DNA of 53,034 nt, from NCBI GenBank assembly GCA_022705425.1, contig JAKJEM010000003.1, positions 34,561 to 87,594 on the forward strand. Direction: 5' to 3'. The position numbers and the translations under genes were made by a program. The notes under the pieces are model-generated. The model was not told the DNA's origin. It did not search any database and saw only the letters and a program-made list of their open reading frames with translations. Each line of letters starts with the position of its first letter. Position 1 is the stretch's first letter. Source of the DNA: Planctomycetota bacterium (GTDB taxonomy: Bacteria; Planctomycetota; Brocadiia; CAIUPP01). This document shows, one piece after another, positions 16,064-28,756 of the stretch.

Positions 16064-17104
16064 ATGAAGGCGCCCGGTATGCCCAAACCGTCCTTGTCGC
16101 ACGGCGTCACCGATACGCCTCGCGCGCGTTTCCTCTGCGCCCTGAAGGGGGGCGCGCCGGACCGCGTACCCTACTTCGAATACGCCATCCACCGTTCGGT
16201 GGCGCTTGCGGCCTTCGGGCGCTGCCCCGAGGACCCGCTGGAGTTCAACCGCATGGTCGGGCGGGCCGACCTGGAGGTGTGGCGCAAGCCGCCGGTCTTC
16301 GCCCGATACGTCCGCACGCCCGACGGGCGCACCCATCTGGCCGAAGGGCTGATCCGCACGCGCCGGGACTGCCGGAAGCTCTTCAAACTGCCAAACCCGC
16401 TGCGCTGGGCGGGCGGGCGCGAGGCGCCGACAGCGCTCGATGACGCCGCGGCGCGAGTGGCCGGCAAGGGGGAGTTCGCCCTGGGTCTCGTCGTCAGCCT
16501 CTCCGCCGATCCCACCCTGTTGAGCATGGGCTTCGACGGCCTGTCTTACGCGCTGGCCGACGATCCGGGACTGGTCGGTGAACTGCTCGACCGCTACGCC
16601 GACTGGGTCGTGGCCGTGCTGGAGGCCTATCAGAAGCTGGGCTTTGACTTCGTGCTCTGCGGCGACGACCTGGCGCACAAGACCGCGCCCTTCATGTCGC
16701 CGGGGGTCTTCCGCGACATCTTTCTGCCGCGGATGAAACGCGTGGCCGACGCCATCCGGCTGCCGTGGATTCTCCACTGCGACGGCAACCTGCGCCTGAT
16801 CTGGGCGGACCTGCTCTCGCTGGGGATGAATGCGCTGCATCCCATCGAGCCGGAGGCAATGGATATCTTCGAACTCAAGCGCGAAATGGCCGGACGCCTG
16901 ACACTGTGCGGGAACTTCGACATCAACCTGCTGGCGCTGGGCACGCCGGAGGCCGTCCGCCGGGAGGTCCTCGGCAAGATGCGCGCGCTGGCGCCCGGCG
17001 GGGGCTACGTGGCCGCCAGTTCGACGTCCATCCCGGAGTACGTCAAGCCGGAGTGCTTCCGCGCGATGATCCAGGCCATGGACGAGTTCCACGCAGAGCG
17101 GTGA
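16064..17104 (+). CDS. Uroporphyrinogen decarboxylase (URO-D/MtaA-like) family protein
   Basis: TIM-barrel URO-D family length and conserved blocks (…DDLAHKTAPFMSP…, …LHCDGN…). The specific substrate is unknown. Confidence 0.7.
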   Translation: MKAPGMPKPSLSHGVTDTPRARFLCALKGGAPDRVPYFEYAIHRSVALAAFGRCPEDPLEFNRMVGRADLEVWRKPPVFARYVRTPDGRTHLAEGLIRTRRDCRKLFKLPNPLRWAGGREAPTALDDAAARVAGKGEFALGLVVSLSADPTLLSMGFDGLSYALADDPGLVGELLDRYADWVVAVLEAYQKLGFDFVLCGDDLAHKTAPFMSPGVFRDIFLPRMKRVADAIRLPWILHCDGNLRLIWADLLSLGMNALHPIEPEAMDIFELKREMAGRLTLCGNFDINLLALGTPEAVRREVLGKMRALAPGGGYVAASSTSIPEYVKPECFRAMIQAMDEFHAER

Positions 17105-17282
17105 GGGACGGCGGACGGCGGACGACAACGACGGGGGCGGTCTGACTCGATCCACGTTTGCGGTTTGGGGGCGAAGTCGTTAGTATACCGTGGCTACAGG
17201 ATTATCCCTGTCGCCCCGGGCAGACGCCGGCCCGGGCCTCGAAGGCGCCGCTGCGCCCCAAGACAGCAACAAGGCTCGATCC

Positions 17283-20618
<3,336 letters not shown>

Positions 20619-20619
20619 C

Positions 20620-20690
20620 GCGTCTCCGTCCGCTGTCGTTTGTCATCCGTCGTCCGTCGTATGCCGTCTGTCGTCCGCCGTCATCCGTTC
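20620..20690. repeat. Degenerate CCGTCGT-type short tandem repeat tract in the carB-carA spacer
   Basis: tcatCCGTCGTCCGTCGTatgCCGTCtgtCGTCCGCCGTCatCCGT. Confidence 0.4.
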
Positions 20691-20723
20691 TTTCGCGCGC
20701 AGCGGTCTCTTCCCGAGGTCCCC

Positions 20724-21881
20724 ATGACGCAGAACTGGAACTGGCGCGAGCGTCGCGAGAAGCGGGCCTTCCTGGCCCTGGCCGATGGTTCCGTCTTCCG
20801 CGGCTGGTCTGTCGGCGCCCGGCGCGATACGCTCGGCGAAGTCGTCTTCAACACCGGCATGTCCGGCTACGAGGAGATCCTGACCGACCCCTCGTACAGC
20901 GGGCAGATCGTGACCATGACCTATCCCGAGATCGGCAACTACGGCATCACGCCGGAGGACGTCGAGTCCCGCCAGGCCTTTGCCAACGGCTTCGTCATCC
21001 ACGAACTCAACGCGCCGCACAACTGGCGCAGCCGCATGTCGTTGCAGGAGTACCTCCTGTCGCAGAACATCCCCGCCGTTGCGGGGGTGGACACGCGCGC
21101 GTTGACCACGCGCCTGCGCACACGCGGCACGCTGAAGGGCTTCCTCTCCGTCGAGGAGAAGGTGGACGAAGCCGAGGCCGTGCGCCGGGCGCAGGAATGG
21201 TGCGGTCTGGACAATCAGGACTACGCCGCCGCCGTCAGCGTCAAGGAGTCCTTCGAGTGGGACCCCAAGGGCGACCTGACCGCCACCTGGGGCATCGCTC
21301 GCGACCTGCCCCCGGCAGACCTGACGGTCGTGGCCTTCGACTACGGCATCAAGTGGAATATCCTGCGCGGCCTGCGGAAGCAGGGCATTGCTGTGCGCGT
21401 TGTGCCTGCGCGCGCCACGGCGCAGGAGATCCTGGCGCTGAAGCCCGACGGCGTCTTTCTGTCCAACGGCCCGGCGGATCCCGCCGCGGTGACCTATGCC
21501 ATCGAAACCATCCGCGAACTCGTCGGCCGCACGCCGATCATGGGCATCTGCCTCGGGCATCAGCTCGTCGGGCTGGCCCTCGGCGGCAGGACCTACCGCC
21601 TCAAGTTCGGCCACCACGGCTGCAACCATCCCGTGATGAACCTGGAAACGCAGGCCGTCGAGATTACCGCGCAGAACCACAACTTCGCCGTGGACCCGGA
21701 GACGCTGGATGCCGCCGCCGTCGAGGTCACGCACATCAACCTGAACGACCAGACCGTCGAGGGCCTCCGTCACCGGAAACACCCGCTCTTCACCGTCCAG
21801 TACCACCCCGAAGCGGCCCCCGGCCCGCACGACGCCGCCTACCTCTTCAAGAACTTCCGGGACATGATCCTCAAGGCCTGA
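20724..21881 (+). CDS. carA: Carbamoyl-phosphate synthase small subunit (glutamine amidotransferase)
   Basis: [26 protein letters not shown] and GICLGHQL (catalytic Cys), plus HPEA. Located downstream of carB. Confidence 0.9.
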   Translation: MTQNWNWRERREKRAFLALADGSVFRGWSVGARRDTLGEVVFNTGMSGYEEILTDPSYSGQIVTMTYPEIGNYGITPEDVESRQAFANGFVIHELNAPHNWRSRMSLQEYLLSQNIPAVAGVDTRALTTRLRTRGTLKGFLSVEEKVDEAEAVRRAQEWCGLDNQDYAAAVSVKESFEWDPKGDLTATWGIARDLPPADLTVVAFDYGIKWNILRGLRKQGIAVRVVPARATAQEILALKPDGVFLSNGPADPAAVTYAIETIRELVGRTPIMGICLGHQLVGLALGGRTYRLKFGHHGCNHPVMNLETQAVEITAQNHNFAVDPETLDAAAVEVTHINLNDQTVEGLRHRKHPLFTVQYHPEAAPGPHDAAYLFKNFRDMILKA

Positions 21882-22047
21882 GCGCTCTGTCGCGGGGCAT
21901 GACTTGCGCGGGGGATTGCGGTATACTCCGGGGTCAGAGCGTCGGAGGCGCCGGCGAGACTCGCCACGCAAAGCCAGTCGGCCTCTCGGCGGACTGAACG
22001 ATCTCGCCACTGAGCCGGTTGCAGTGACGGTATCTTCCGAGGCCCCC

Positions 22048-23355
22048 ATGCCCAGAAAAGTCATTCGCGCCGGGACGGAGCAGGAAAGCGGCCTGCACGT
22101 GCGCGTCCGCGTTGTGTTGATGGTACTCTTCTGCCTGGCGGCGGCGGGTATCTACGTCTGGGCGCCGCGCGCGGCCTCCGCGCCGGACGCCGCGCCGGAG
22201 ATGGGGGCGGTTCCCACCTTCTTCTTCATCGCCTTTGGCGCGGCGGCGTTCTACGAACTGGCCTCCCTCTTCCTGATGTGGTTGGTGCATTTCCGGGGCG
22301 GTCCGGCGGGCGAAGCGCGGATGCTGATGGGCTTTGCGCGCGCCATGCTGGTGCTGGCCGTTCTCGGCACGCTGCTGTACGCCACCGGCGTCCTCAAGGC
22401 CCTCGGCGGGATCGCCGCGCTGTTGGCCGGATCGCTGTTGGGCTGGTCGCTGCAAGCCCCCGTCAGCGGTATGGCCGCCTGGGCGCTCATCACCCTCAAA
22501 CGTCCCTTCCGCGTCGGCGACCGCGTCCTCTTCCCTTCGCTGGGCCTGCTCGGCGACGTGGCCGAAGTCGGCCTGATGTACACCAAACTCGACCAGGTCG
22601 GCGGGGCGGTCGGCTCCGAGGAGGCCATCGGGCGCGACATCCTCATCCCCAACGCCATGCTCTTCAACCAGGTGGCCATCAACTACACCCCGCAGCAGGC
22701 GGCGGCGTACTTCCTCGACGAGGTCGTCGTGCGCCTGACCTACGATTCCGACTGGGACACGGCCGAGGGGATCCTGCTTACCGCGGCGCGCGAGGTCACC
22801 GCCGAGATCATCAAGGCCACCGGCAAGGAGCCGTACATCCGGTCGGACATCTACGACTACGGCATCTACATGCGCCTGCGCTTCATGACTCTGGCCACCG
22901 ACCGCCCGCGCGTCAGCCACGAGATCCTCAAGCGGGTCTTCCACCAGTTCCAGCGCACGCCGAAGGTGGATTTCGCCATTCCCTACGTCTATTCCTACCG
23001 CAAAGGGTCGGAGGGCGGGCATCGCGCCGGCAGCGGCCCCGAACAGGTCAGCGAGATTCCGATTCAGAATATCATTGACCCCGAGGCGGACGAGCCGTTG
23101 AGCCCGGAGGAGGCGCGCGACGTGGAGGCCCTGGCGCGGCGCATCCAGGCAATGGGGCTTCTGCAACCGATCGTGGTGCGGCGCACGGAGGACGGACGCT
23201 ATGAACTGCTCGCCGGTCGGCAGCGCCTCCTGGCCTGCCGCAGTCTCGGCTGGCAGCTTATCTCCGCGCTGGTGAAGCGTCCGCGCCTTCGCGAGGGGGA
23301 GGCGGCCCCGGTTCGCCGCGCCGAGGCCGGGGGGACGCCGCCGCCAAAGAGCTGA
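22048..23355 (+). CDS. MscS-family mechanosensitive channel fused to a C-terminal ParB/Srx-like (ParB N-terminal domain) module
   Basis: MscS TM3/beta-domain: ...LITLKRPFRVGDRV...GDVAEVGLMYTKL...IPNAMLFNQVAINYT. C-terminal residues about 333-410 (nt 23044-23277): IPIQNIIDP...LSPEEARDVEALARRIQAMGLLQPIVVRRTEDGRYELLAGRQRLLACRSLGWQLISALV, which parallels the ParB block LQPIxVR..DGxYEIIAGERRxRA....IPAIV. Confidence 0.7.
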   Translation: MPRKVIRAGTEQESGLHVRVRVVLMVLFCLAAAGIYVWAPRAASAPDAAPEMGAVPTFFFIAFGAAAFYELASLFLMWLVHFRGGPAGEARMLMGFARAMLVLAVLGTLLYATGVLKALGGIAALLAGSLLGWSLQAPVSGMAAWALITLKRPFRVGDRVLFPSLGLLGDVAEVGLMYTKLDQVGGAVGSEEAIGRDILIPNAMLFNQVAINYTPQQAAAYFLDEVVVRLTYDSDWDTAEGILLTAAREVTAEIIKATGKEPYIRSDIYDYGIYMRLRFMTLATDRPRVSHEILKRVFHQFQRTPKVDFAIPYVYSYRKGSEGGHRAGSGPEQVSEIPIQNIIDPEADEPLSPEEARDVEALARRIQAMGLLQPIVVRRTEDGRYELLAGRQRLLACRSLGWQLISALVKRPRLREGEAAPVRRAEAGGTPPPKS

Positions 23356-23466
23356 GCGCCGCCGGGATGAGTCCTTGCCACCGTGGCGCGCGGAGGGCGG
23401 CGGGGATATAATCCGTCCTTGCGTCCGCCGGATCGGGCGCGGCGGATATTCAGGAAAGGAAGGACC

Positions 23467-24330
23467 ATGCTGCGAATCGGAATCATCGGATCGGAGAACT
23501 CCCACACGGCGGCGATCGCCAAGCTGTGTAACGTCGAGAAGAAGGTGGAGGCGCGCGTCGAAGTGGTCTGGGGCGAAACGCCGGAGTTCGCGCGGAGCGC
23601 CGCCGAGGGCGGGCAGATCCCGACCATTGTCAAGGACTGGCGCGAGATGCTCGGCAAGGTGGACGGCGTGATGATTGACCACCGCCACGCGAAGTATCAC
23701 GCCGAACCTGCGCTCTTCTTCGTGCGGAACGGCATCCCCGCTTTCGTGGACAAGCCCTTCACCTTCACCCTGGCCGAAGGGAAGAAGCTCTGCGCCCTGG
23801 CGCGACGGAAGAAGGTCCCGATCACGAGCTTCAGCGTCCTGCCGATGCAGCAGAACTTTGCCGCCTTCAAGGCGCGCGCGGCGGAGCTCGGCGCGATCCG
23901 CAGCGTGACCACCCTCGGCCCGGCGGACATCCGCAGCGAGTACGGCGGCGTCTTCTTCTACGGCATCCACCAGGTGGACGCGATCCTCGAACTGCTCGGC
24001 GTGTCCGTGCAGAGCGTGCAGGTGCTCAAACACGGCGAGGACGCCATCGCCTTCCTGACCTACAAGAAGGGCCCAATGGTGACGATGACGTGCGTCAAGA
24101 GCGGCGTCCGCCAGTTCCACTGGTCCGTAGCCGGCGAGAAGGGATTGCTCGACTGGAACCACGAAAACGATGCAAGCCCCTACCTCACGGGCCTGAGCAC
24201 CTTCGTCAAGATGTTCCAGACACGTCAGGAGCCCTTCGAGCACAAGCGCTTTCTGGCCCCCATCGCCGTCCTGGAGGCCATGGCGAAGTCCGTCAAGTCC
24301 GGCCGCCCGGTCACGGTGGCCAAGGTGTAG
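23467..24330 (+). CDS. Gfo/Idh/MocA-family oxidoreductase
   Basis: N-terminal Rossmann motif MLRIGIIGSENSH and a family C-terminal alpha/beta domain. SD GGAAAGGAAGG. Confidence 0.7.
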   Translation: MLRIGIIGSENSHTAAIAKLCNVEKKVEARVEVVWGETPEFARSAAEGGQIPTIVKDWREMLGKVDGVMIDHRHAKYHAEPALFFVRNGIPAFVDKPFTFTLAEGKKLCALARRKKVPITSFSVLPMQQNFAAFKARAAELGAIRSVTTLGPADIRSEYGGVFFYGIHQVDAILELLGVSVQSVQVLKHGEDAIAFLTYKKGPMVTMTCVKSGVRQFHWSVAGEKGLLDWNHENDASPYLTGLSTFVKMFQTRQEPFEHKRFLAPIAVLEAMAKSVKSGRPVTVAKV

Positions 24331-24542
24331 CGGAGGCGGCGCTTTCGGCGCGCGGCCCTCTGCGACTCCGGCGAGGCGAGGGCCTCGGAAGGCCGGCGGC
24401 GGCGTCCGTGCCGCCCGCTGCCTTCCCGGCGGGCCGAGACTTGTTCTGCGCCGAGAGGGAAGCCGCGTACGCTTCACCGTTCCGGAAGTGCGCGGCCACC
24501 CAATGGTAGAGGTGGAAGTGGACTGACAGGCTCGTCTTGCGT

Positions 24543-24571
24543 TTGACTGCGTTTGACGCATGGCCTATGAT
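24543..24571 (+). promoter_or_regulatory. sigma70 promoter TTGACT-N17-TATGAT with tandem GCGTTTGAC direct repeat
   Basis: TTGACT at 24543-24548 and TATGAT at 24566-24571. GCGTTTGAC is repeated twice (24540-24558). Lies 45 nt upstream of the ATG at 24616. Confidence 0.4.
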
Positions 24572-24615
24572 ACGCGCCGGGCGGTTCGCTCCGGGCATTG
24601 GATGGGGAGACGGCT

Positions 24616-25242
24616 ATGGCGCTGGAAGCGGGCAGGATCAAGCAGGCCGTGCGCGAAACGGTCCGGCAGAAGGCCGCGGAGGCCGGCGCCGAACTGCTCC
24701 GCAAGACCCGGCCCGAGGGCGACGCGCCCGGCACGGCGCGCTTCGCCTCCGCCCCTGTCTTTCGCAGCGCGCTGCCGATTCCCCCTCCGGGGCGGGCCGA
24801 GGCCCTGGTCATCATGTGCAACAGCTGGGAGTGGCGTCGCCACACCCAGGAGTTTCTCGCCACGGGGCTGGGCCTGAAGGAGTACGACCAGGTCTCGATC
24901 CCCGGCGGCGTCCAATGGCTGGCCCTGCCGGACATCCTGCCGAAGCACAATAAGGTGGCGCGGTGGATGACGGAGTACCTGGTGCGCAAGCACAACCTCT
25001 CGCGGGTGATCTGCGTGGCGCATGAGGACTGCTCGGCCTATGAGGACCGCAGCGCGCTGGGCGCCCTGGCGCACGTCGTGACGGGGCGGAGCGTCTTCGA
25101 TCACCAGGTGGCGCAGCTCCGCGCCGCGGCGCGCGCGATCACGGAGTCGCTGAGCGTGCCGGTGGAACTGTATTACGCTTCGAGCGCCGAGGGCGCGGTG
25201 GTCTTTCACAAGGTCGAACTCCAACCTGAGGAAGGGCGATAG
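24616..25242 (+). CDS. Hypothetical protein with weak beta-carbonic-anhydrase-like motif pattern; first gene of the NfeD-flotillin operon
   Basis: ALVIMCNSWEWRR ... EYLVRKHNLSRVICVAHEDCSAY resembles the beta-CA blocks (VIxCxDSR ... EYAVxxLxVxHIxxCGHxxCG), retaining Cys/His/Cys. SD GGGGAGA. The stop lies 2 nt before the nfeD ATG. Confidence 0.55.
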   Translation: MALEAGRIKQAVRETVRQKAAEAGAELLRKTRPEGDAPGTARFASAPVFRSALPIPPPGRAEALVIMCNSWEWRRHTQEFLATGLGLKEYDQVSIPGGVQWLALPDILPKHNKVARWMTEYLVRKHNLSRVICVAHEDCSAYEDRSALGALAHVVTGRSVFDHQVAQLRAAARAITESLSVPVELYYASSAEGAVVFHKVELQPEEGR

Positions 25243-25244
25243 CC

Positions 25245-25760
25245 ATGGCGGGATTGGTGTTCCTGGGCGTCTTCATCGTCAGCGTGATCCTGGCGCTCGG
25301 GTCCTTCCTCTTCGGGCACGATGCCGACCACGACGGCGGCGACCACGGCGATCACGGCGGCATGCCGAGCGTCTTCAGCTTGCGCGTCATCTCCCTCTTC
25401 CTCGTCGGGTTCAGCGGCGTCGGCATGGTCAGTTTCTACGCCTGGAACCTGTCGGCGGGGGCGTCCACAGGCATCGGCGCGCTCTTCGGCCTCATCCTGG
25501 GAGGGGTGGGGTACGGCTTCATCGCCCTCTTCCACAAGCAGCAGGCCAACTCGATGGTGCAGCCGAACGAGTACGTCGGCCTCACGGGGCGCATTTCGGG
25601 TTCGATCCCCGCCGGCGGCACGGGCCAGATTTCGGTCACGGTGAACAATCAGTTGCGCACCATCTTTGCGGTGACGGCCGACGGCAGCGCGCTGCCCGAG
25701 GGCCGCATGGCGAAGGTGTTGAGCGTCAGCGGCGGCACGGCCACGGTTCAGGCGGCCTGA
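25245..25760 (+). CDS. NfeD-family membrane protein (short form with OB-fold C-terminus)
   Basis: N-terminal TM helices, a His/Asp-rich loop, and a C-terminal beta-rich domain (GRISGSIPAGGTGQISVTV...). It has the typical position upstream of an SPFH/flotillin gene. Confidence 0.75.
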   Translation: MAGLVFLGVFIVSVILALGSFLFGHDADHDGGDHGDHGGMPSVFSLRVISLFLVGFSGVGMVSFYAWNLSAGASTGIGALFGLILGGVGYGFIALFHKQQANSMVQPNEYVGLTGRISGSIPAGGTGQISVTVNNQLRTIFAVTADGSALPEGRMAKVLSVSGGTATVQAA

Positions 25761-25835
25761 TCCGCGCGCGGTTCGCCCGGCCCGCGCCCGGAGGCGCGGC
25801 GCGCGGGGCTTCGGCATGTCAGGGAGGATCTTCCA

Positions 25836-27566
25836 ATGGGTAGCCTGGCGCTGTTCGAGTTTGTGGGGTCGGCCATGGGCGCCTTCGTCACGGTCATCGT
25901 CGCCATCGTCATCGGCCTGGTGCTGCTGGCGGTCATCTGGTTTGTGGCCAAGCGCTACAAGAAGGTGCCGCCCAACGAGGTGCTGGTGGTCTATGGCCGC
26001 GGCACACGCTTGCAGGAGGGCCGGCGCGTAGGCTATCGCGTCGTCACCGGCGGCGCCACCTTCATCATCCCGCTGGTCGAGGACTACCGCACCATCTCGC
26101 TGAACCTCATCCAGATTCCGCTCAAGATCGAGAACACGCCCAACGTAGACGGCGTGCTCATCAACGTCGAGGCCGTGGGCAATGTGAAGATCTCGAGCGA
26201 ACCGGAGCTCCTGTCGGCGGCCATCGAGCGCTTCCTGGGGTATGGGCTGGACGAGATCGAGCGCCAGATCCACGACATTCTCGAAGGCCAGATGCGCCAG
26301 ATCATCGGCACGCTGAGCATCGAGGAGATCGTTCAGAAGCGCGAGAAGATCACCGAGCAGGTGACGCAGAACGCTGCGATGGACCTGGCCAAGATCGGCA
26401 TCCGCTGCGATTTGATCGTCGTCAACCGGATCAGCGACAGCCTGGGGTACATCGAGGCCCTGGGCAAGAAGCGCACGGCAGAGGTCATCCGCGACGCGAG
26501 CATCGGCCAGGCCGAAGCGCAGCGCGACGCGACGATCAAGGCCTCGAGCGCGCGGCGCGAAGGAGAACAGACCCGGCTCGACAACGAGGCGCAGATCGCC
26601 GCGGCGCAGCGCGATCTGGACATGAAAAAGGCCCAGTACACCGCCCAGGTCGCCGAGCAGCAGGCGGCGGCGGCCCAGGCCGGCCCCAGGGCCAACGCCG
26701 TGGCAATGCAGGACGTCAAGAAGCAGGAAGTGAAAGTGCAGGAGATCGAGACCGAAGCGCGTACCGCCGTGGCGCTGAAGGAAGCCGAGCGGCGCGAGAA
26801 GGAACTGATCGCCACACAAATCCGTCCCGCCGAGGCGCAGAAGGAGGCCATCGTCATCGCCGCCGAAGGCGAAGCGAACGCCGCCGTGGTCAAGGCCGAG
26901 GCCGAAGCCAAGGCCGCGCGCATCCGGGCCGAAGGCCAGAAGGCCGCGCAGATCGCCCTGGCCGAAGCCGAACGCGTGCGCCTGTCCGCCGAAGGCGAAG
27001 GACTGGCTGCCGCCGACCGCGCCAAGCGCCAGGCCGCCGGCGAAGGCGAAGGCGCCGCCATCCGCGCGCGCGGCGAGGCCGAAGGCGCCGCCATCCGCGC
27101 CAAGGGTCTGGCCGAAGGCGAAGCCATCCAGGCGCGCCTCGTCGCCGAGGCCCAGGGTATCCTCAAGAAGGCCGAGGCCTACAAGGCCCTCGACCGCGCC
27201 GCCATGATCCAGATGGTCCTCGAAAAGGCGCCGATGCTGATCCAGGAACTCGGCAACGCCGCTAATCAGGGCCTCATGCCCCTGGCCGAACTGGGCAAGG
27301 GCATCGGCACCGGCCTGGGCAATATTGACAAGGTCAACATCCTCGACATGGGCGGCCAGAAGGACGGCCAGAACACCGTCGCGCGCTACGCCATGACCGT
27401 TCCCGACGTCCTCTTTGCCATCCTGGCCAAAATGAAGGCGGTGGGGATAGACGTGGACGGCCTCTTGAAGAAGGCGGGAGTGGACGCCGGGCGGCTGAAC
27501 GAACTCATCGCCGTTCCCTCCGCGCCGGCGGCGGAGCCGCCACCCCCGGCCGTCAAGGAGAAATAG
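25836..27566 (+). CDS. Flotillin (SPFH/band-7 domain protein, FloT/YqiK-like)
   Basis: N-terminal TM anchor, an SPFH domain (NEVLVVYGRG...), and a long Ala/Glu-rich coiled-coil repeat region (AEGEANAAVVKAEAEAKAARIRAEGQKAAQ...). Confidence 0.85.
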   Translation: MGSLALFEFVGSAMGAFVTVIVAIVIGLVLLAVIWFVAKRYKKVPPNEVLVVYGRGTRLQEGRRVGYRVVTGGATFIIPLVEDYRTISLNLIQIPLKIENTPNVDGVLINVEAVGNVKISSEPELLSAAIERFLGYGLDEIERQIHDILEGQMRQIIGTLSIEEIVQKREKITEQVTQNAAMDLAKIGIRCDLIVVNRISDSLGYIEALGKKRTAEVIRDASIGQAEAQRDATIKASSARREGEQTRLDNEAQIAAAQRDLDMKKAQYTAQVAEQQAAAAQAGPRANAVAMQDVKKQEVKVQEIETEARTAVALKEAERREKELIATQIRPAEAQKEAIVIAAEGEANAAVVKAEAEAKAARIRAEGQKAAQIALAEAERVRLSAEGEGLAAADRAKRQAAGEGEGAAIRARGEAEGAAIRAKGLAEGEAIQARLVAEAQGILKKAEAYKALDRAAMIQMVLEKAPMLIQELGNAANQGLMPLAELGKGIGTGLGNIDKVNILDMGGQKDGQNTVARYAMTVPDVLFAILAKMKAVGIDVDGLLKKAGVDAGRLNELIAVPSAPAAEPPPPAVKEK

Positions 27567-27666
27567 CCGGGCGTCCGGGCCTTCCGAGGCGTCGAGGCGC
27601 TCTCGGCTTTGCTGTCGGTCGCGGTTCGTGCGGGTTCTGCGGCGTACTTCGACAAGGGCATCGGTC

Positions 27667-28743
27667 ATGCTGAAACGTCCGTCGTTGCGCAAGGTCCGCA
27701 TGAACGAATCGGGCGGACGTCCGCGCTTCCGTCAGATCCAGGAGCATCTCCTCAAGCAGATCGCCTCCGGCAGGCTGGCGCCGGGGGATCGCCTGCCGCT
27801 GTTGCGGGCGTGGGCGGCCGAGGTCGGCGTGGCCTATGAGACCATGTCGAAAGCGGTGCGCGAACTCGTGGCCAAGGGCGTCCTGGAGGCGGCGCCGCGC
27901 CGGGGCACGATCGTCGCGGCGCGCGGCAGCGCCAGGGGACGCGTCGGCGCGATCGGCATCGTCTCCGCCGGAGCGCTCGAATCCATCATGGTCGGACGCT
28001 ACTACCACCACCTTCTGCCGATGGTGCAGGACGCCCTGGCCGCGCATCACGAGCGCGTGATCTTCGAGCGCCACGACCCCGCCCGGCCTCTCGTCGAGAT
28101 GTTCAACCACCTCTCGCTGGTGGACGGGATCATGCTCCTGGGGAACTACGCCTATCCCGTGGACCAGATCAAGTCCGTCGAGCGGTTGGGCGTGCCGATC
28201 CTCTGCCTGGGCGGCGAGATGGAAGACCCCGGCATCCGCGTCGTGCGCAGCGACGACGTCAACGATGTGCGCGAGGCCGTCGGTCATCTCGTCCGCATGG
28301 GCCACCAGTCCATCGCCGTCTGGACCGACAACCCCAACGATCCCCGTCTGCGCGGCTTCCGTATCGGCATGAAGGAGCATGGCATCGAGGCCCGCGAGAC
28401 GCTGCTGGTCGGCGGAATGGCCGCGGACATCGTCGAACGCCTGACCTCGGAAAGGCCTCGTCCGACGGCCTTTCTGGTGCTGCGGAACATGGACCGGCTC
28501 GGGTCGGTGCTGCTGGAACTGCGCGGCCGGGGTGTGCGGCTGGGGAAGGACCTCTACGTCGGCGCCTATGATGACGACCTCTGGCGCAACCTTGCGCCGC
28601 TGGGCGTGCCCTATGCGCACATCGAGCAGCAGACGCGCGAGACGGCCCACGCCGCGGCACAGGTGCTGTTGCGCCTGACGGAGGGCAAGCCCGCCGGTCC
28701 CATGCACGTGCTGCTGCACGCCCGCTTCATCGCCGTACCGTAG
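27667..28743 (+). CDS. AraR-like regulator: GntR-type HTH fused to a LacI/PBP1-type sugar-binding domain
   Basis: N-terminal FRQIQEHLLKQIASGRLAPGDRLPLLRAWAAEVGVAYETMSKAVRELVAKGVLEAAPRRGTIVA (GntR HTH) followed by a periplasmic-binding-protein-like fold. An alternative start is 27700. Confidence 0.7.
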   Translation: MLKRPSLRKVRMNESGGRPRFRQIQEHLLKQIASGRLAPGDRLPLLRAWAAEVGVAYETMSKAVRELVAKGVLEAAPRRGTIVAARGSARGRVGAIGIVSAGALESIMVGRYYHHLLPMVQDALAAHHERVIFERHDPARPLVEMFNHLSLVDGIMLLGNYAYPVDQIKSVERLGVPILCLGGEMEDPGIRVVRSDDVNDVREAVGHLVRMGHQSIAVWTDNPNDPRLRGFRIGMKEHGIEARETLLVGGMAADIVERLTSERPRPTAFLVLRNMDRLGSVLLELRGRGVRLGKDLYVGAYDDDLWRNLAPLGVPYAHIEQQTRETAHAAAQVLLRLTEGKPAGPMHVLLHARFIAVP

Positions 28744-28756
28744 CGGCGGCGCGCCT

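Noticed and set aside
23437-23442. Perfect TATAAT hexamer upstream of the Gfo/Idh/MocA gene
   Set aside because: No acceptable -35 (TTGCCA is 26 nt away) and no TG extension. Not called as a promoter.
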